NCBI GenBank assembly: GCA_030834185.1
Contig: JAURFT010000001.1
Location: forward strand, 14,552 to 78,551
Direction: 5' to 3'
Source: Candidatus Nanopelagicales bacterium
GTDB taxonomy: Bacteria; Actinomycetota; Actinomycetes; S36-B12; UBA5976
DNA length: 64,000 bases
Below are positions 39,856 through 48,791 of this stretch, piece after piece. Position 1 is the stretch's first letter. Every line of letters starts with the position of its first letter. A model generated the notes under the pieces. That model was given only the letters and a program-made list of their open reading frames with translations. It ran no database searches and was not told where the DNA came from. A program made the translations under genes and the position numbers.

Positions 39856-40125
39856 CTGTGCTTCAATCCAAGCATCTTCAGCCGCTGTAGCAGCATCAAT
39901 GCGTTTATTGATTTTTTGCTTTGCTGTAAAAACTCCCGATGACACATCATCTCGCAATGAATCAAGTAAAAATAAACTAGCAACTGCAGAAACTACAAAG
40001 CCCACCACAATCAATAAGAAGCCACGCAGTCCAACTAAATATCCAGCCCCAAGAAATATAGCCAGCAGCGCAAGTCGCGCTAAGGAGTAAATAAGAGTTG
40101 ACTTAAATGTTGGCCCAAATTTCAT
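39814..40125 (-). CDS. Small two-TM membrane protein (DUF4229-like)
   Basis: 103 aa with two hydrophobic helices and an acidic/basic C-terminal tail. 4-nt overlap with ccsA. Its 3' end overlaps the menA 3' end by 42 nt. Confidence 0.55.
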   Translation of the reverse strand: MKFGPTFKSTLIYSLARLALLAIFLGAGYLVGLRGFLLIVVGFVVSAVASLFLLDSLRDDVSSGVFTAKQKINKRIDAATAAEDAWIEAQLRKQESDTEDQPK

Positions 40126-40952
40126 AATCCACCATAACTGTGAAGTCCATCAAAGAAAATATTAACGCCAAAGAAATTGAACAAATAGGAGGTGTAACCG
40201 ACAATAGCTATGGCTGCAGCTTTTCCACCTCGCCAACCTACAGTAACTCGCGCATGCAAATAGGCAGCATAAGCAATCCAAGTTATTAAGGCCCATGTCT
40301 CTTTTGGATCCCAGCCCCAGAATCTTCCCCAAGCATTTTCAGCCCAGATTGCGCCAGCCAGAACTGAGAATGTCCAAACCGCAAATCCCCAAGCAGTCAC
40401 TCGGTATGAAAGTAGTTCTAGTTGTTCACTGCTTGGCAATCGTGTTGCGAGCTTTGAGTTTTTTCGACTTGCTAATAACTGTCCAACGGCAAATGCAAAA
40501 CCGAGTGAGAATCCGCCACCGGCAATAATTGCCGCTGAGACGTGAATGACTAACCAGCCTGATTCTAATGCTGGCACCAAATCAGCTACTGGAATATATA
40601 AAACTGTTTGGGCTAAACCAAGTGACAATAAGAGAGGCATCAAAACAAAAACCGCAATACCAGAAAGGTCATTTTTAATTGCCAAGATTAAATACACCAC
40701 AAGCACAGCTAGCGTGCCAGTAATTGCGTATTCATACATATTGCCCCATGGCGCACGACCTGCTGCGATACCACGTGCAAACACTGCAACTACTAAAAAT
40801 GCTGTTGCTAAGCCAGTTAACGATAAAGATATTTTGGCAAATCGATCAGGGTGAGAACTTCCGGTTAGTTTTATCACAGCAATAAACGTTGACAGTGTCA
40901 GCGCAATAGTTGCGCTCAGTAGCGTCCAGTTACTAATTACTGCTGCGTTCAT
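40122..40952 (-). CDS. ccsA: Cytochrome c biogenesis protein CcsA/ResC (system II haem handling)
   Basis: 276 aa with the tryptophan-rich WWD-type motif WGRFWGWDPKETWA and conserved His residues. Confidence 0.9.
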   Translation of the reverse strand: MNAAVISNWTLLSATIALTLSTFIAVIKLTGSSHPDRFAKISLSLTGLATAFLVVAVFARGIAAGRAPWGNMYEYAITGTLAVLVVYLILAIKNDLSGIAVFVLMPLLLSLGLAQTVLYIPVADLVPALESGWLVIHVSAAIIAGGGFSLGFAFAVGQLLASRKNSKLATRLPSSEQLELLSYRVTAWGFAVWTFSVLAGAIWAENAWGRFWGWDPKETWALITWIAYAAYLHARVTVGWRGGKAAAIAIVGYTSYLFNFFGVNIFFDGLHSYGGL

Positions 40953-42445
40953 TTAAGTTTCCCCTCAACCGCAGAGCATAAGGCTTTAAGCATTTTCATG
41001 TCGTTGTCTAATCCGGGTTGATCGTTGCGGCTAAGTGCACCAATTTGGAATGTATTTACTGCCGACTGCTTAATCCAAATCCTCCGACTTCGCACATAAA
41101 GGCCAGTAACTAAGCCAAATAGCGCAAGTATTGAAAACCCAAGTGCATAGATGCCACCTGGACTTCGGGCTACATCAAATGTGACGAATCGCTCAACTGC
41201 CACAAACTTAATGCTGCCCAAACCATCTGGTAGCTCCCAGGTTTCGCCAGGTGCAATGGAGCCAACTCCAACACGCTCTAAGGTGCTGACATCCAAAGTG
41301 AAGACACTTTGCGGAACACCTGCATCCAAACCAAGATCCCCTTGCCAGGCGGATAACAGCAGCAACGGGTTATCTGGACTTGGAAATATAGAGATTGGTT
41401 CACCAGAAAATTCTGCAGTTGGCAAAAAGGCGGTAATAAAACCAATTCCATTTTCGCCATTTGGAATTTTAATTGCACCTTCAGAGCTAAAACTTCCATC
41501 ACGCGGTAATAAAATTACAGAATCAGCGAAAACAACTTCATTTGCAGCATTTCGAACTTCAACTCGTGGCGCATAACCATGACCAACTAAATACCAAGTG
41601 GAGCCATCAACCTTTAGGGGCTTATTCACCTCTATAACTGCATCTTGGTTCCCACTAGCAGAAACTACGCTCACATCTGCTCTAAATTCTCGTGCCGCAC
41701 CTCGCTGGATTAGACCTCGCTCAAATTCAGCTGTGAATTTATTTAGCCCAATAGTTACTGCAGGCAGATCATCTTCTGAAACAGCTGTTCCAAAACTTAA
41801 AGAGCTAAATTGCGTTGACACGCTAGCAACAGCTGTTCCTTCTCGAACCAGCATTTGTCCGCGATACGAGAATAAAACACCAATACCTACTGCCAGAATA
41901 ATTCCTACCACCGCAAGGTGAAAAATTAAATTTCCAATTTCACGAAAATAGCCTTTTTCAGCAGCAACAAATTTTTGATCTAAATCAAGCCTCACTCGCC
42001 AGTTTCGTTGCTTCAGTTTTTGTGCTACTTCAGTTAGCAATAAATCAGCATCGATTTTTGATTCTAAATTTTCATATATATTCAATCGTTCAAAATTTGC
42101 AGGTGCCACTGGTGGCTGAGTACGTAAGGCTTGATAGTGCTTAATAGATCTTGGCAAAATACAGCCAACTAGTGATATTAAAAGCAGCAGATAAACAGCT
42201 GAGAACCAGATAGAACTAAAGACATTAAAAAAGCCCAGCTTTAATAATATATTTCCAATTGTTGGTGAATCTTCAATCCATTGCCTAACGCTAAAGGGGT
42301 CGGTATTTTGTTGTGGTAACACAGATCCTGGTATGGAAACAATTACAAGTAATAACAAAAGCAGCAGCGCAGTTCGCATGCTGGTTAGTTGTCGCCAGAT
42401 AAATCTCGCAAATTCTCTTGGGGTTAGCTCAAAAGTTGTGCTCAT
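40949..42445 (-). CDS. resB: Cytochrome c biogenesis protein ResB/CcsB
   Basis: I start it at ATG 42443-42445 (MSTTFELTPREFARFIWRQLTSMRTAL), which forms an ATGA overlap with the ccdA stop. It has a large extracytoplasmic domain between TM helices. Confidence 0.85.
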   Translation of the reverse strand: MSTTFELTPREFARFIWRQLTSMRTALLLLLLLVIVSIPGSVLPQQNTDPFSVRQWIEDSPTIGNILLKLGFFNVFSSIWFSAVYLLLLISLVGCILPRSIKHYQALRTQPPVAPANFERLNIYENLESKIDADLLLTEVAQKLKQRNWRVRLDLDQKFVAAEKGYFREIGNLIFHLAVVGIILAVGIGVLFSYRGQMLVREGTAVASVSTQFSSLSFGTAVSEDDLPAVTIGLNKFTAEFERGLIQRGAAREFRADVSVVSASGNQDAVIEVNKPLKVDGSTWYLVGHGYAPRVEVRNAANEVVFADSVILLPRDGSFSSEGAIKIPNGENGIGFITAFLPTAEFSGEPISIFPSPDNPLLLLSAWQGDLGLDAGVPQSVFTLDVSTLERVGVGSIAPGETWELPDGLGSIKFVAVERFVTFDVARSPGGIYALGFSILALFGLVTGLYVRSRRIWIKQSAVNTFQIGALSRNDQPGLDNDMKMLKALCSAVEGKLK

Positions 42446-43152
42446 AGCAGCACCACAAATGATGAGTACTGTTGCTGCAACCAAATCATTAGCTCAGCCC
42501 ATAGCCCGCTTAATAGCAATAAGCCAAGCACAATTAAAAATATGCTGCCAGCCCAAATAAAAATTTGCTGCTTTTGGCGAAGTTGTTTCACAATCCTTGG
42601 AGATTTTGCTGCCATAACTGAAAGCAAAATAAATGGAATACCCAAACCAATGCCATAGCTAATCGAGAGCAGTGCGCCTTTTGTTGCGGTTGCTTCAGTT
42701 AAAGCAAGTGTTTGAACTGCTGCCAGCGTTGGGCCAATGCATGGCGTCCAACCAACAGCAAAAACAATTCCAAGCAGCACTGGCTGTGCTCGAGTTGCGG
42801 TCTTTAATGGCAACTTAAATTGCAGCTGCGCAGCTTTGCCAAATCCAGCAAAAATTAATCCCATACCAATTAAAACCACACCAAAAATTCGATTTAAAAT
42901 TGTTTGGTACTCAAGTAAATATGAACCAATCTGACCAAAAGCAATACCAAATGAAGCAAAAATTGAAGTAAAGGTTAAAACAAATATGAAGGTTGGAATA
43001 ATTGGTTTTTGATTAGATACTGATCCACCTAGAACTGCTAGATAGCCTGGAATTAGCGGCAGCACGCATGGACTTAAAAATGAAATCAACCCAGCAAGTG
43101 CTGCAACTGCAAAAGCTAATGGCAGAAACCCCGATACAACTACCTCACCCAT
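42442..43152 (-). CDS. ccdA: Cytochrome c-type biogenesis thiol-reductant transporter CcdA (DsbD family)
   Basis: I start it at ATG 43150-43152 (MGEVVVSGFLPLAF...). Conserved Cys are in LSPCVLPLIPGYL and GWTPCIGP. The track start at 43200 is 16 codons longer. Confidence 0.85.
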   Translation of the reverse strand: MGEVVVSGFLPLAFAVAALAGLISFLSPCVLPLIPGYLAVLGGSVSNQKPIIPTFIFVLTFTSIFASFGIAFGQIGSYLLEYQTILNRIFGVVLIGMGLIFAGFGKAAQLQFKLPLKTATRAQPVLLGIVFAVGWTPCIGPTLAAVQTLALTEATATKGALLSISYGIGLGIPFILLSVMAAKSPRIVKQLRQKQQIFIWAGSIFLIVLGLLLLSGLWAELMIWLQQQYSSFVVLL

Positions 43153-43696
43153 TATTAACTTCATCAACAATCTGTGTGAGTAAGGATCGTGAGACAGCAC
43201 CTAATATTCTGGCGCTAACTTTTCCATCTTTGTCTAAGACAATCGTGGTTGGAATTGCGCTCATTGGTAATGAGTCACGGAAAATTAATTGCTTTGATCC
43301 ATCGCGATCAATGATTGATGGATAGGTGATTCCAAAGAACTGCTCAAAAGCTCGTGCTGCAGGATCGTTATCACGAGTATTTATTCCAAGAACTTGCACA
43401 TTAGAATTTTCAATACTAAATGTTTTTAATTCTGGCGCTTCTTGTCTACAAGGCGCACACCAAGATGCCCAAACATTTATTACAACATTTTTACCACGAT
43501 ATTGCGCTACATCAAATTTCTCACCTGCAAGGGTTTCACCAGTTAATTCAAGTGGTATGCCTCGACTTGATTTTGCTAACACGGTTGTAGTGCCATCACC
43601 AGAGACAAAAGCTGTGTTGTTACTGCTTGTAGTAGTGCAGCTAGTAAGTAGCAGCGCTGCAACTAAACCTGCTACAGCTTTACGCACCAACTCCAC
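43145..43696 (-). CDS. TlpA/ResA-like thiol-disulfide oxidoreductase lipoprotein
   Basis: 183 aa with lipobox LLLTSC and thioredoxin active site WASWCAPC. Confidence 0.85.
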   Translation of the reverse strand: MELVRKAVAGLVAALLLTSCTTTSSNNTAFVSGDGTTTVLAKSSRGIPLELTGETLAGEKFDVAQYRGKNVVINVWASWCAPCRQEAPELKTFSIENSNVQVLGINTRDNDPAARAFEQFFGITYPSIIDRDGSKQLIFRDSLPMSAIPTTIVLDKDGKVSARILGAVSRSLLTQIVDEVNNG

Positions 43697-44321
43697 CTGT
43701 TGACTCCTTATAAAGCGCCGCAGCTGGCTCTAAATAAGAAACCGAAACCAACTGATCCTCGAGGAATTTCAGTGTAGTGACAGAAGCTAAATTGCACTCG
43801 CGGTGAGTGGGGTTATGGGCGAAGCGTTTGCGCTCAAAACCAAGCCGCGCAATCCAGATTGGTAGTTGATGGCTAACCAGCACTGCCTGGTGCCCATAAG
43901 CTGCGATTCGAGCAGCTTCAACTGCTGTCTGCATTCGGGCAAATATCTCAACGTAGGGCTCGCCCCATGAGGGTTTAAACGGATTCCATAGATGCCGCCA
44001 GGCTGCAGGTTTACGCAGCACGCCATCGCCAACTGAAACCCGCTTGCCCTCAAAAACGTTGGTCGCCTCCAACAAATTCAGGTCCTGATTAATTGTGAGA
44101 TTTTTCACTCGACTAAGTGGTGCTGCAGTCTGCATGGCTCGCTCTAAAGGTGACGAAACTAAATGGGTTATGTCAGCGTTAACAAAATGCTCAGCTACCA
44201 GCTCTGCCATTGCAATTCCGCGCTCAGATAACTTATAGCCAGGAATTCGACCATACAAAATCTTTGCTGGATTAAAAACCTCACCATGACGCATTAAGTG
44301 CACAAGTGTGGTTGAGCTCAT
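43680..44321 (-). CDS. Histidine phosphatase (phosphoglycerate-mutase-like) family protein
   Basis: 213 aa with an N-terminal RHG motif (LMRHGEVFNP) and a later H in VLVSHQLPI. It occupies the position upstream of resA/ccdA that is conserved in actinobacteria. Confidence 0.75.
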   Translation of the reverse strand: MSSTTLVHLMRHGEVFNPAKILYGRIPGYKLSERGIAMAELVAEHFVNADITHLVSSPLERAMQTAAPLSRVKNLTINQDLNLLEATNVFEGKRVSVGDGVLRKPAAWRHLWNPFKPSWGEPYVEIFARMQTAVEAARIAAYGHQAVLVSHQLPIWIARLGFERKRFAHNPTHRECNLASVTTLKFLEDQLVSVSYLEPAAALYKESTGGVGA

Positions 44322-45875
44322 TTAACTTCGCTTACGAGTTAATCGCTTAACAGATGGTCGCCAAACTACATCACCATTTTCAATTGCAGTAAGTCGAAGT
44401 TTTTCACCATGAGCAATCAAAGACTCAATGGTTGCGCTAATGGTGGTCTCTTCTGGCAGCACTTCAACAACAAGTCCCATATCTCTAGCAGCTGCTGCTG
44501 TTTGTTCACCAATGCATGCAATCACTGTTGTTGGGTGCGGCTTACCTGCAATACCCACTAAGTTGCGAACCGTGCTTGCTGAACTAAATAGCACGGCATC
44601 AAACCCGCCACTTTTAATGGCATCGCGAATTGCTGGTGGTGGTGGAGCTGCACGAACTGTTCGAAATGCAGTTATCTCTTCAACTTCCCAGCCAAGTGAG
44701 ATTAAAGTTGCAGATAAAGATTCAGTTGCCACATCTGCTCGAGGAATCAATACCCGATTCATTGGATCTTGAAACTGATCAAATACTGGCCACAAATTGG
44801 CCAAACCTGCATTTGTGTCATCAGGTGAGATTAGATCTGGATTTATTCCAATTACTTTAAGTATTTCAATGGTGTCTGCACCAACAGCTGCAATTCGAAT
44901 TCCAGAAAATGCTCTGGCATCTAAACCATATTCATCTAATCTAACTTTGATCGCTTTAACCGCATGTGGACTAGTGAACGCTATCCATTGATATCGGCCA
45001 GAAACTAAGCCATGAACAGCTTTCTCCATTTGCTGTGGTGCCCGAGGTGGCTCAACACTCAAAGTTGGAACTTCAGTGCAGGTCGCACCTGCCTTGGCTA
45101 ACAGCGCTGCCACATCAACTGAGAATTCCTTAGTTTTTGGCAATAAAACTTTCCAACCAAATAATGATCTTGTTTCAAACCAAGAATTACGCTCAACGTG
45201 TCCTGCCGATTCTGAGATAACAGCATGAGCTGGGCCTTGTAGTTTGTGAGCTTTGATGTATTCAGCAGCATCACCAAGAGTCATGCGATAACTTCGCTGA
45301 TCAAGCGTCATTGCATTTTGAACCAAAACCATTGCGGTGGTCTCAACTCTTCCTGCCGCCGCAAGGTCGGTTGCGAATCTACCAATTTCATTTGTAGTAC
45401 CGCGCAGAATCAAAGTTGTCTTAGCGCCAATATAAGAACCTAAATCATAGGAATCTTTCGCATCAAGCATATGTATCGAGTCGGTACGAGTTGGTTCGAA
45501 CATGGCCCCGGCATAAAACCCAACTGCAAAATCAACTGGAATTGTAGGAAACACCTCAAAATCAAGATTTGCCTTATTTATCAGCGTAAGTTCCTCAATC
45601 AACGAACCTCGCAAGATTCCATCCCCAAAAAATACTCGCACAACTTCTTTGCCTTCTTTAGCAGCGCTTATCGCCGCTTTTGCCAAATCAGCTGGTTGAT
45701 CACTCAGAACCTCAGTAATGGTTGCAACTGCAGCAACAACTTCTACAAGTGCTGGATCAACTATCACAGCTTGCGCATCTTTAAGTGCATCTAGGGCAGC
45801 AACGGTTAGCACTTTTAAATCACAATCTGGAAGTGCGATAAAGGAAATTCGACCTGGGATTACTGGGGACGTCAT
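44322..45875 (-). CDS. hemD: HemD-like fusion: degenerate tetrapyrrole-methylase-like N-domain plus uroporphyrinogen-III synthase-like C-domain
   Basis: 517 aa. The C-terminal half shows the HemD-type layout (WKVLLPKT...GATCTEVPTLSVEP, a second alpha/beta repeat). In the N-terminal half, the expected GAGPGD loop reads IALPDCD. 4-nt overlap with rex. Confidence 0.6.
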   Translation of the reverse strand: MTSPVIPGRISFIALPDCDLKVLTVAALDALKDAQAVIVDPALVEVVAAVATITEVLSDQPADLAKAAISAAKEGKEVVRVFFGDGILRGSLIEELTLINKANLDFEVFPTIPVDFAVGFYAGAMFEPTRTDSIHMLDAKDSYDLGSYIGAKTTLILRGTTNEIGRFATDLAAAGRVETTAMVLVQNAMTLDQRSYRMTLGDAAEYIKAHKLQGPAHAVISESAGHVERNSWFETRSLFGWKVLLPKTKEFSVDVAALLAKAGATCTEVPTLSVEPPRAPQQMEKAVHGLVSGRYQWIAFTSPHAVKAIKVRLDEYGLDARAFSGIRIAAVGADTIEILKVIGINPDLISPDDTNAGLANLWPVFDQFQDPMNRVLIPRADVATESLSATLISLGWEVEEITAFRTVRAAPPPPAIRDAIKSGGFDAVLFSSASTVRNLVGIAGKPHPTTVIACIGEQTAAAARDMGLVVEVLPEETTISATIESLIAHGEKLRLTAIENGDVVWRPSVKRLTRKRS

Positions 45876-46588
45876 ATAGCTATTACCTCGTTTGCTTTCG
45901 TTTGTTCATGAAAAGTTAAAATTTGTAATTCGCTTGCTAAATCTATTTGCCTTACATCTACTCCACTTGGCACGTTTAGCGATATGGGAGCAAAAGTCAT
46001 TATCGAGAAAATTCCGGCATTTACCAAAGTGTCGCACACTCCTTGCGCTGCTGCAGCGGGAGTTGTAATAACTGCGATTTGAATATTATTTTCGCGAATA
46101 AAGGTTGCAAGTGAAGCTACATCTTTAATAAATACTTTTTGACCTTCAGATATCTCAACAACTTTTCCAATAATTTCTGGAGCTGCATCAAAAAGCGCTG
46201 CAATTTTGAAACCTCGATTGGTAAAGCCAGCATATTTAGCTAAAGACATTCCTAAGTTGCCACAACCAACAATTACGATCGGCCATTGCTTATCAACGCC
46301 TAAGGTAACTGACAGGGCTTGAATTAAATCAGTAACGTCATAGCCAACACCTCTGGTGCCATGCCCACCAAGATAAGAAAGATCTTTGCGCAGCTGTGCG
46401 CTGGTTACATTTATCGAATCAGCTAGCTCTTCAGAAGAAATAACTTCAATGCCGCGAGCCTTAACCTCATTAAGTCCGCGGAGATAAATAGGTAGCCGGG
46501 CAACTGTGGCAGCGGGAAGCCCAACGGCTTTTCCGGGCGTGCGATGCTGCGCCAACTTGGCTCCTGATTTGGTGGGTTGCGGAGCCAA
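45872..46588 (-). CDS. rex: Redox-sensing transcriptional repressor Rex
   Basis: 238 aa (TTG start in the track; the true start is uncertain). Winged-helix block ATVARLPIYLRGL and Rossmann block IVGCGNLG. Confidence 0.9.
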   Translation of the reverse strand: MAPQPTKSGAKLAQHRTPGKAVGLPAATVARLPIYLRGLNEVKARGIEVISSEELADSINVTSAQLRKDLSYLGGHGTRGVGYDVTDLIQALSVTLGVDKQWPIVIVGCGNLGMSLAKYAGFTNRGFKIAALFDAAPEIIGKVVEISEGQKVFIKDVASLATFIRENNIQIAVITTPAAAAQGVCDTLVNAGIFSIMTFAPISLNVPSGVDVRQIDLASELQILTFHEQTKANEVIAI

Positions 46589-46621
46589 CGGTAAACATTA
46601 AGCGCGAAAAATCAAAATTCC

Positions 46622-46867
46622 TCACGGTTTTGGCTTAGTTAACGCCAAAATAAGCGGTTCAGGTAGCACCTGCCACACCGCAATTTCGTTTCCATCGACC
46701 AACAAGACCGGAACAAAATCAGCATGAATAGCCGCTAAATTGGGGTGCTCAGTAATGTCTAATTCTTGAAAATTCTCATTTAACTGCTCACAGACTTCTG
46801 AAACTACCGCGCGAGCGGAATCGCAAAGGTGACAGTTGGGTTTAGTAAGTAACTGCACCCGAGGCAC
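46622..46867 (-). CDS. Glutaredoxin-like small thioredoxin-fold protein (DUF836-like)
   Basis: 81 aa with N-terminal KPNCHLCD (CxxC) in a beta-alpha-beta context. Same strand as rex, 33 nt upstream of it. Confidence 0.65.
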   Translation of the reverse strand: MPRVQLLTKPNCHLCDSARAVVSEVCEQLNENFQELDITEHPNLAAIHADFVPVLLVDGNEIAVWQVLPEPLILALTKPKP

Positions 46868-46872
46868 AGTAA

Positions 46873-46971
46873 TTACTTCTTATTACGACGCTGAACGCGG
46901 GTCTTACGCAGCAACTTGCGATGCTTCTTCTTCGCCATTCGCTTGCGGCGTTTTTTAATAACTGATCCCAC
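46873..46971 (-). CDS. Ribosomal protein bS22 (actinobacterial ~33-aa highly basic protein)
   Basis: Hand translation gives (V->M)[31 protein letters not shown], 32 aa. GTG start at 46969-46971 with a GAGGTG RBS, TAA at 46873-46875. It is below the ORF-track cutoff and adjacent to proC. Confidence 0.8.
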   Translation of the reverse strand: MGSVIKKRRKRMAKKKHRKLLRKTRVQRRNKK

Positions 46972-47034
46972 GATTCACCTCTTGGGTTTGACTGAGAGCC
47001 GAATGCTACTAAAGCCACCTGCTGGCTGCTTCTG

Positions 47035-47832
47035 CTACCCCAGTTCGGCGGCACGCTGTTTTGCAGCAGCCACCGCAGCTGCAACTAATTGGGTGAATCC
47101 CCCAGCTGTAAGAACGGCCAGCGCAGCCTGGGTGGTTCCGCCTGGCGAGGTGACTCGCTCGCGCAGCACACTTGCTGGTTCTGCAGATTTTGCAATTAAT
47201 TCAGCAGCACCAGCAACAGTTTGAATCACTGCAGCTGTGGCATCAGCAGCAGATATTCCTTGCTCTTGTGCTGCGGCTACTAAAGCTTCAATTAATAAAA
47301 ATACATACGCAGGTCCCGAGCCATGAATTGCAGTAAAGCTATCTTGCAATGCTTCTGGAATAACCATAGTTGTTCCAGCTGGCTGTAAAAATGAAATTGT
47401 ACGATCTAGATGAACTTGTGCTGTATCTGGTAAAACTGAAATCGTAGTAAAACCTTTACCAACTAATGCTGGGGTATTTGGCATGCATCTAACCGCAGTT
47501 GCTTTCGATAAGCCTTGACTAAGTTTTGTTAAATTGATTCCAGCCGCTATTGAAAGCACTGTTTGATCTTGTGATAATTTTGAATCTAATTCAGCTAGTA
47601 CTTCCATTAAATTTTGTGGCTTAACTGCGAGCACAATTAGTTCTGCTGCAGCAATTGCAATATCATCACCAGCAAATACATCGAGTTCAGATATTGCAGT
47701 TGCTACTTTTGACTGATCTTTATCTATCACTGAAATTTTCAAATCTTGATCTGCCTGCTTTGCAGCGGCAATCAGCGCTGAGCCCATTGCGCCTGCTCCA
47801 ATAACCACAACCTGTTTCATCCCTGCCCCCAT
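47035..47832 (-). CDS. proC: Pyrroline-5-carboxylate reductase
   Basis: 265 aa. Rossmann motif VVVIGAGAMGSAL and a conserved C-terminal block SPGGTT. The start is 47832 (1-nt overlap with the ppx stop) or 47820. Confidence 0.9.
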   Translation of the reverse strand: MGAGMKQVVVIGAGAMGSALIAAAKQADQDLKISVIDKDQSKVATAISELDVFAGDDIAIAAAELIVLAVKPQNLMEVLAELDSKLSQDQTVLSIAAGINLTKLSQGLSKATAVRCMPNTPALVGKGFTTISVLPDTAQVHLDRTISFLQPAGTTMVIPEALQDSFTAIHGSGPAYVFLLIEALVAAAQEQGISAADATAAVIQTVAGAAELIAKSAEPASVLRERVTSPGGTTQAALAVLTAGGFTQLVAAAVAAAKQRAAELG

Positions 47833-48758
47833 CAGCTCAAACTATCTATATGTCGCAGCAGCACGCCTTCGCGCAGCGCCCACGGACAAATCTCAATCTC
47901 TGATATCTCTAGTAAATCTACTATTGCCGCTGCCACCATCGCACCAGCGGCCAATTGGGCAGCTCGGTCTTTGCTCACCCCAGGCAGCATGGCTCGCTGC
48001 TGAACACTCATGCCAGCAACGCGCTCTGCAATATCTTTGAGTTTGTATGCTGGCAATAATCGTTGAACGAATGGACCATCATCACTTGGCGCAGCGCCCA
48101 CAATTCTTGCTAAGGACCGAAATGTTTTGCTGGTACCAACTACATGATCTGCACCTGATTCGGTTGTAATTTGATCAACTACAGATTCAAGGTGACCATA
48201 AATATATTCATTCATCACAGATAATTGTTTTTTGGTTGGTGGGTCACTCAAATTGAAATCTTTTGTTAATCGACCCGCTCCTAGCGGCAGTGATATTGCA
48301 GTTTCTGGTACTTCACCAGCACCAATTGCAATTTCAAATGAACCACCACCGATATCAAGTCCAAGTAGCACGCCACTCGACCACCCAAACCAACGCCTAG
48401 TTGCTAGAAAAGTTAGTCGCGCTTCATCTTCGCCTGAAAGCACAGATATGTGTTGTTTAGTTTGTTTAATAACTTGATCCAACACCACCTGGCCATTACT
48501 TGCGTCTCTAATTGCACTCGTTGCAAATGCCAAAATCTCCTGGCAGCCATTTGAATTGGCTCTAGTTTTCAACTCTCCAATTATTTCGCTTAAGTGACTA
48601 ACCATCGAGTCATCGAAAGATCCAGCCTCGGTCAGGTGCCCAATCAGCCCAAGGGACTCCTTAACCGAGAAGGCAGGTAGCGGAGCTGATCCAGCTGCTA
48701 CATCACAGACAAGCAAGTGAACTGTGTTACTTCCGATGTCTAATACACCCAGGCGCAT
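47832..48758 (-). CDS. ppx: Ppx/GppA family exopolyphosphatase
   Basis: 308 aa. ASKHA-fold motifs LDIGSNTVHLLV and LDIGGGSFE. Confidence 0.85.
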   Translation of the reverse strand: MRLGVLDIGSNTVHLLVCDVAAGSAPLPAFSVKESLGLIGHLTEAGSFDDSMVSHLSEIIGELKTRANSNGCQEILAFATSAIRDASNGQVVLDQVIKQTKQHISVLSGEDEARLTFLATRRWFGWSSGVLLGLDIGGGSFEIAIGAGEVPETAISLPLGAGRLTKDFNLSDPPTKKQLSVMNEYIYGHLESVVDQITTESGADHVVGTSKTFRSLARIVGAAPSDDGPFVQRLLPAYKLKDIAERVAGMSVQQRAMLPGVSKDRAAQLAAGAMVAAAIVDLLEISEIEICPWALREGVLLRHIDSLS

Positions 48759-48791
48759 GTGCTGACCGTACTCCTTGTCTAGGGTATTCCC

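Noticed and set aside
46589-46621. Search for a Rex operator directly upstream of rex
   Set aside because: The 33-nt spacer has no TGTG-N8-CACA pattern. rex is probably co-transcribed with upstream genes, so the autoregulatory site, if any, should lie further upstream or outside what I can recognise.
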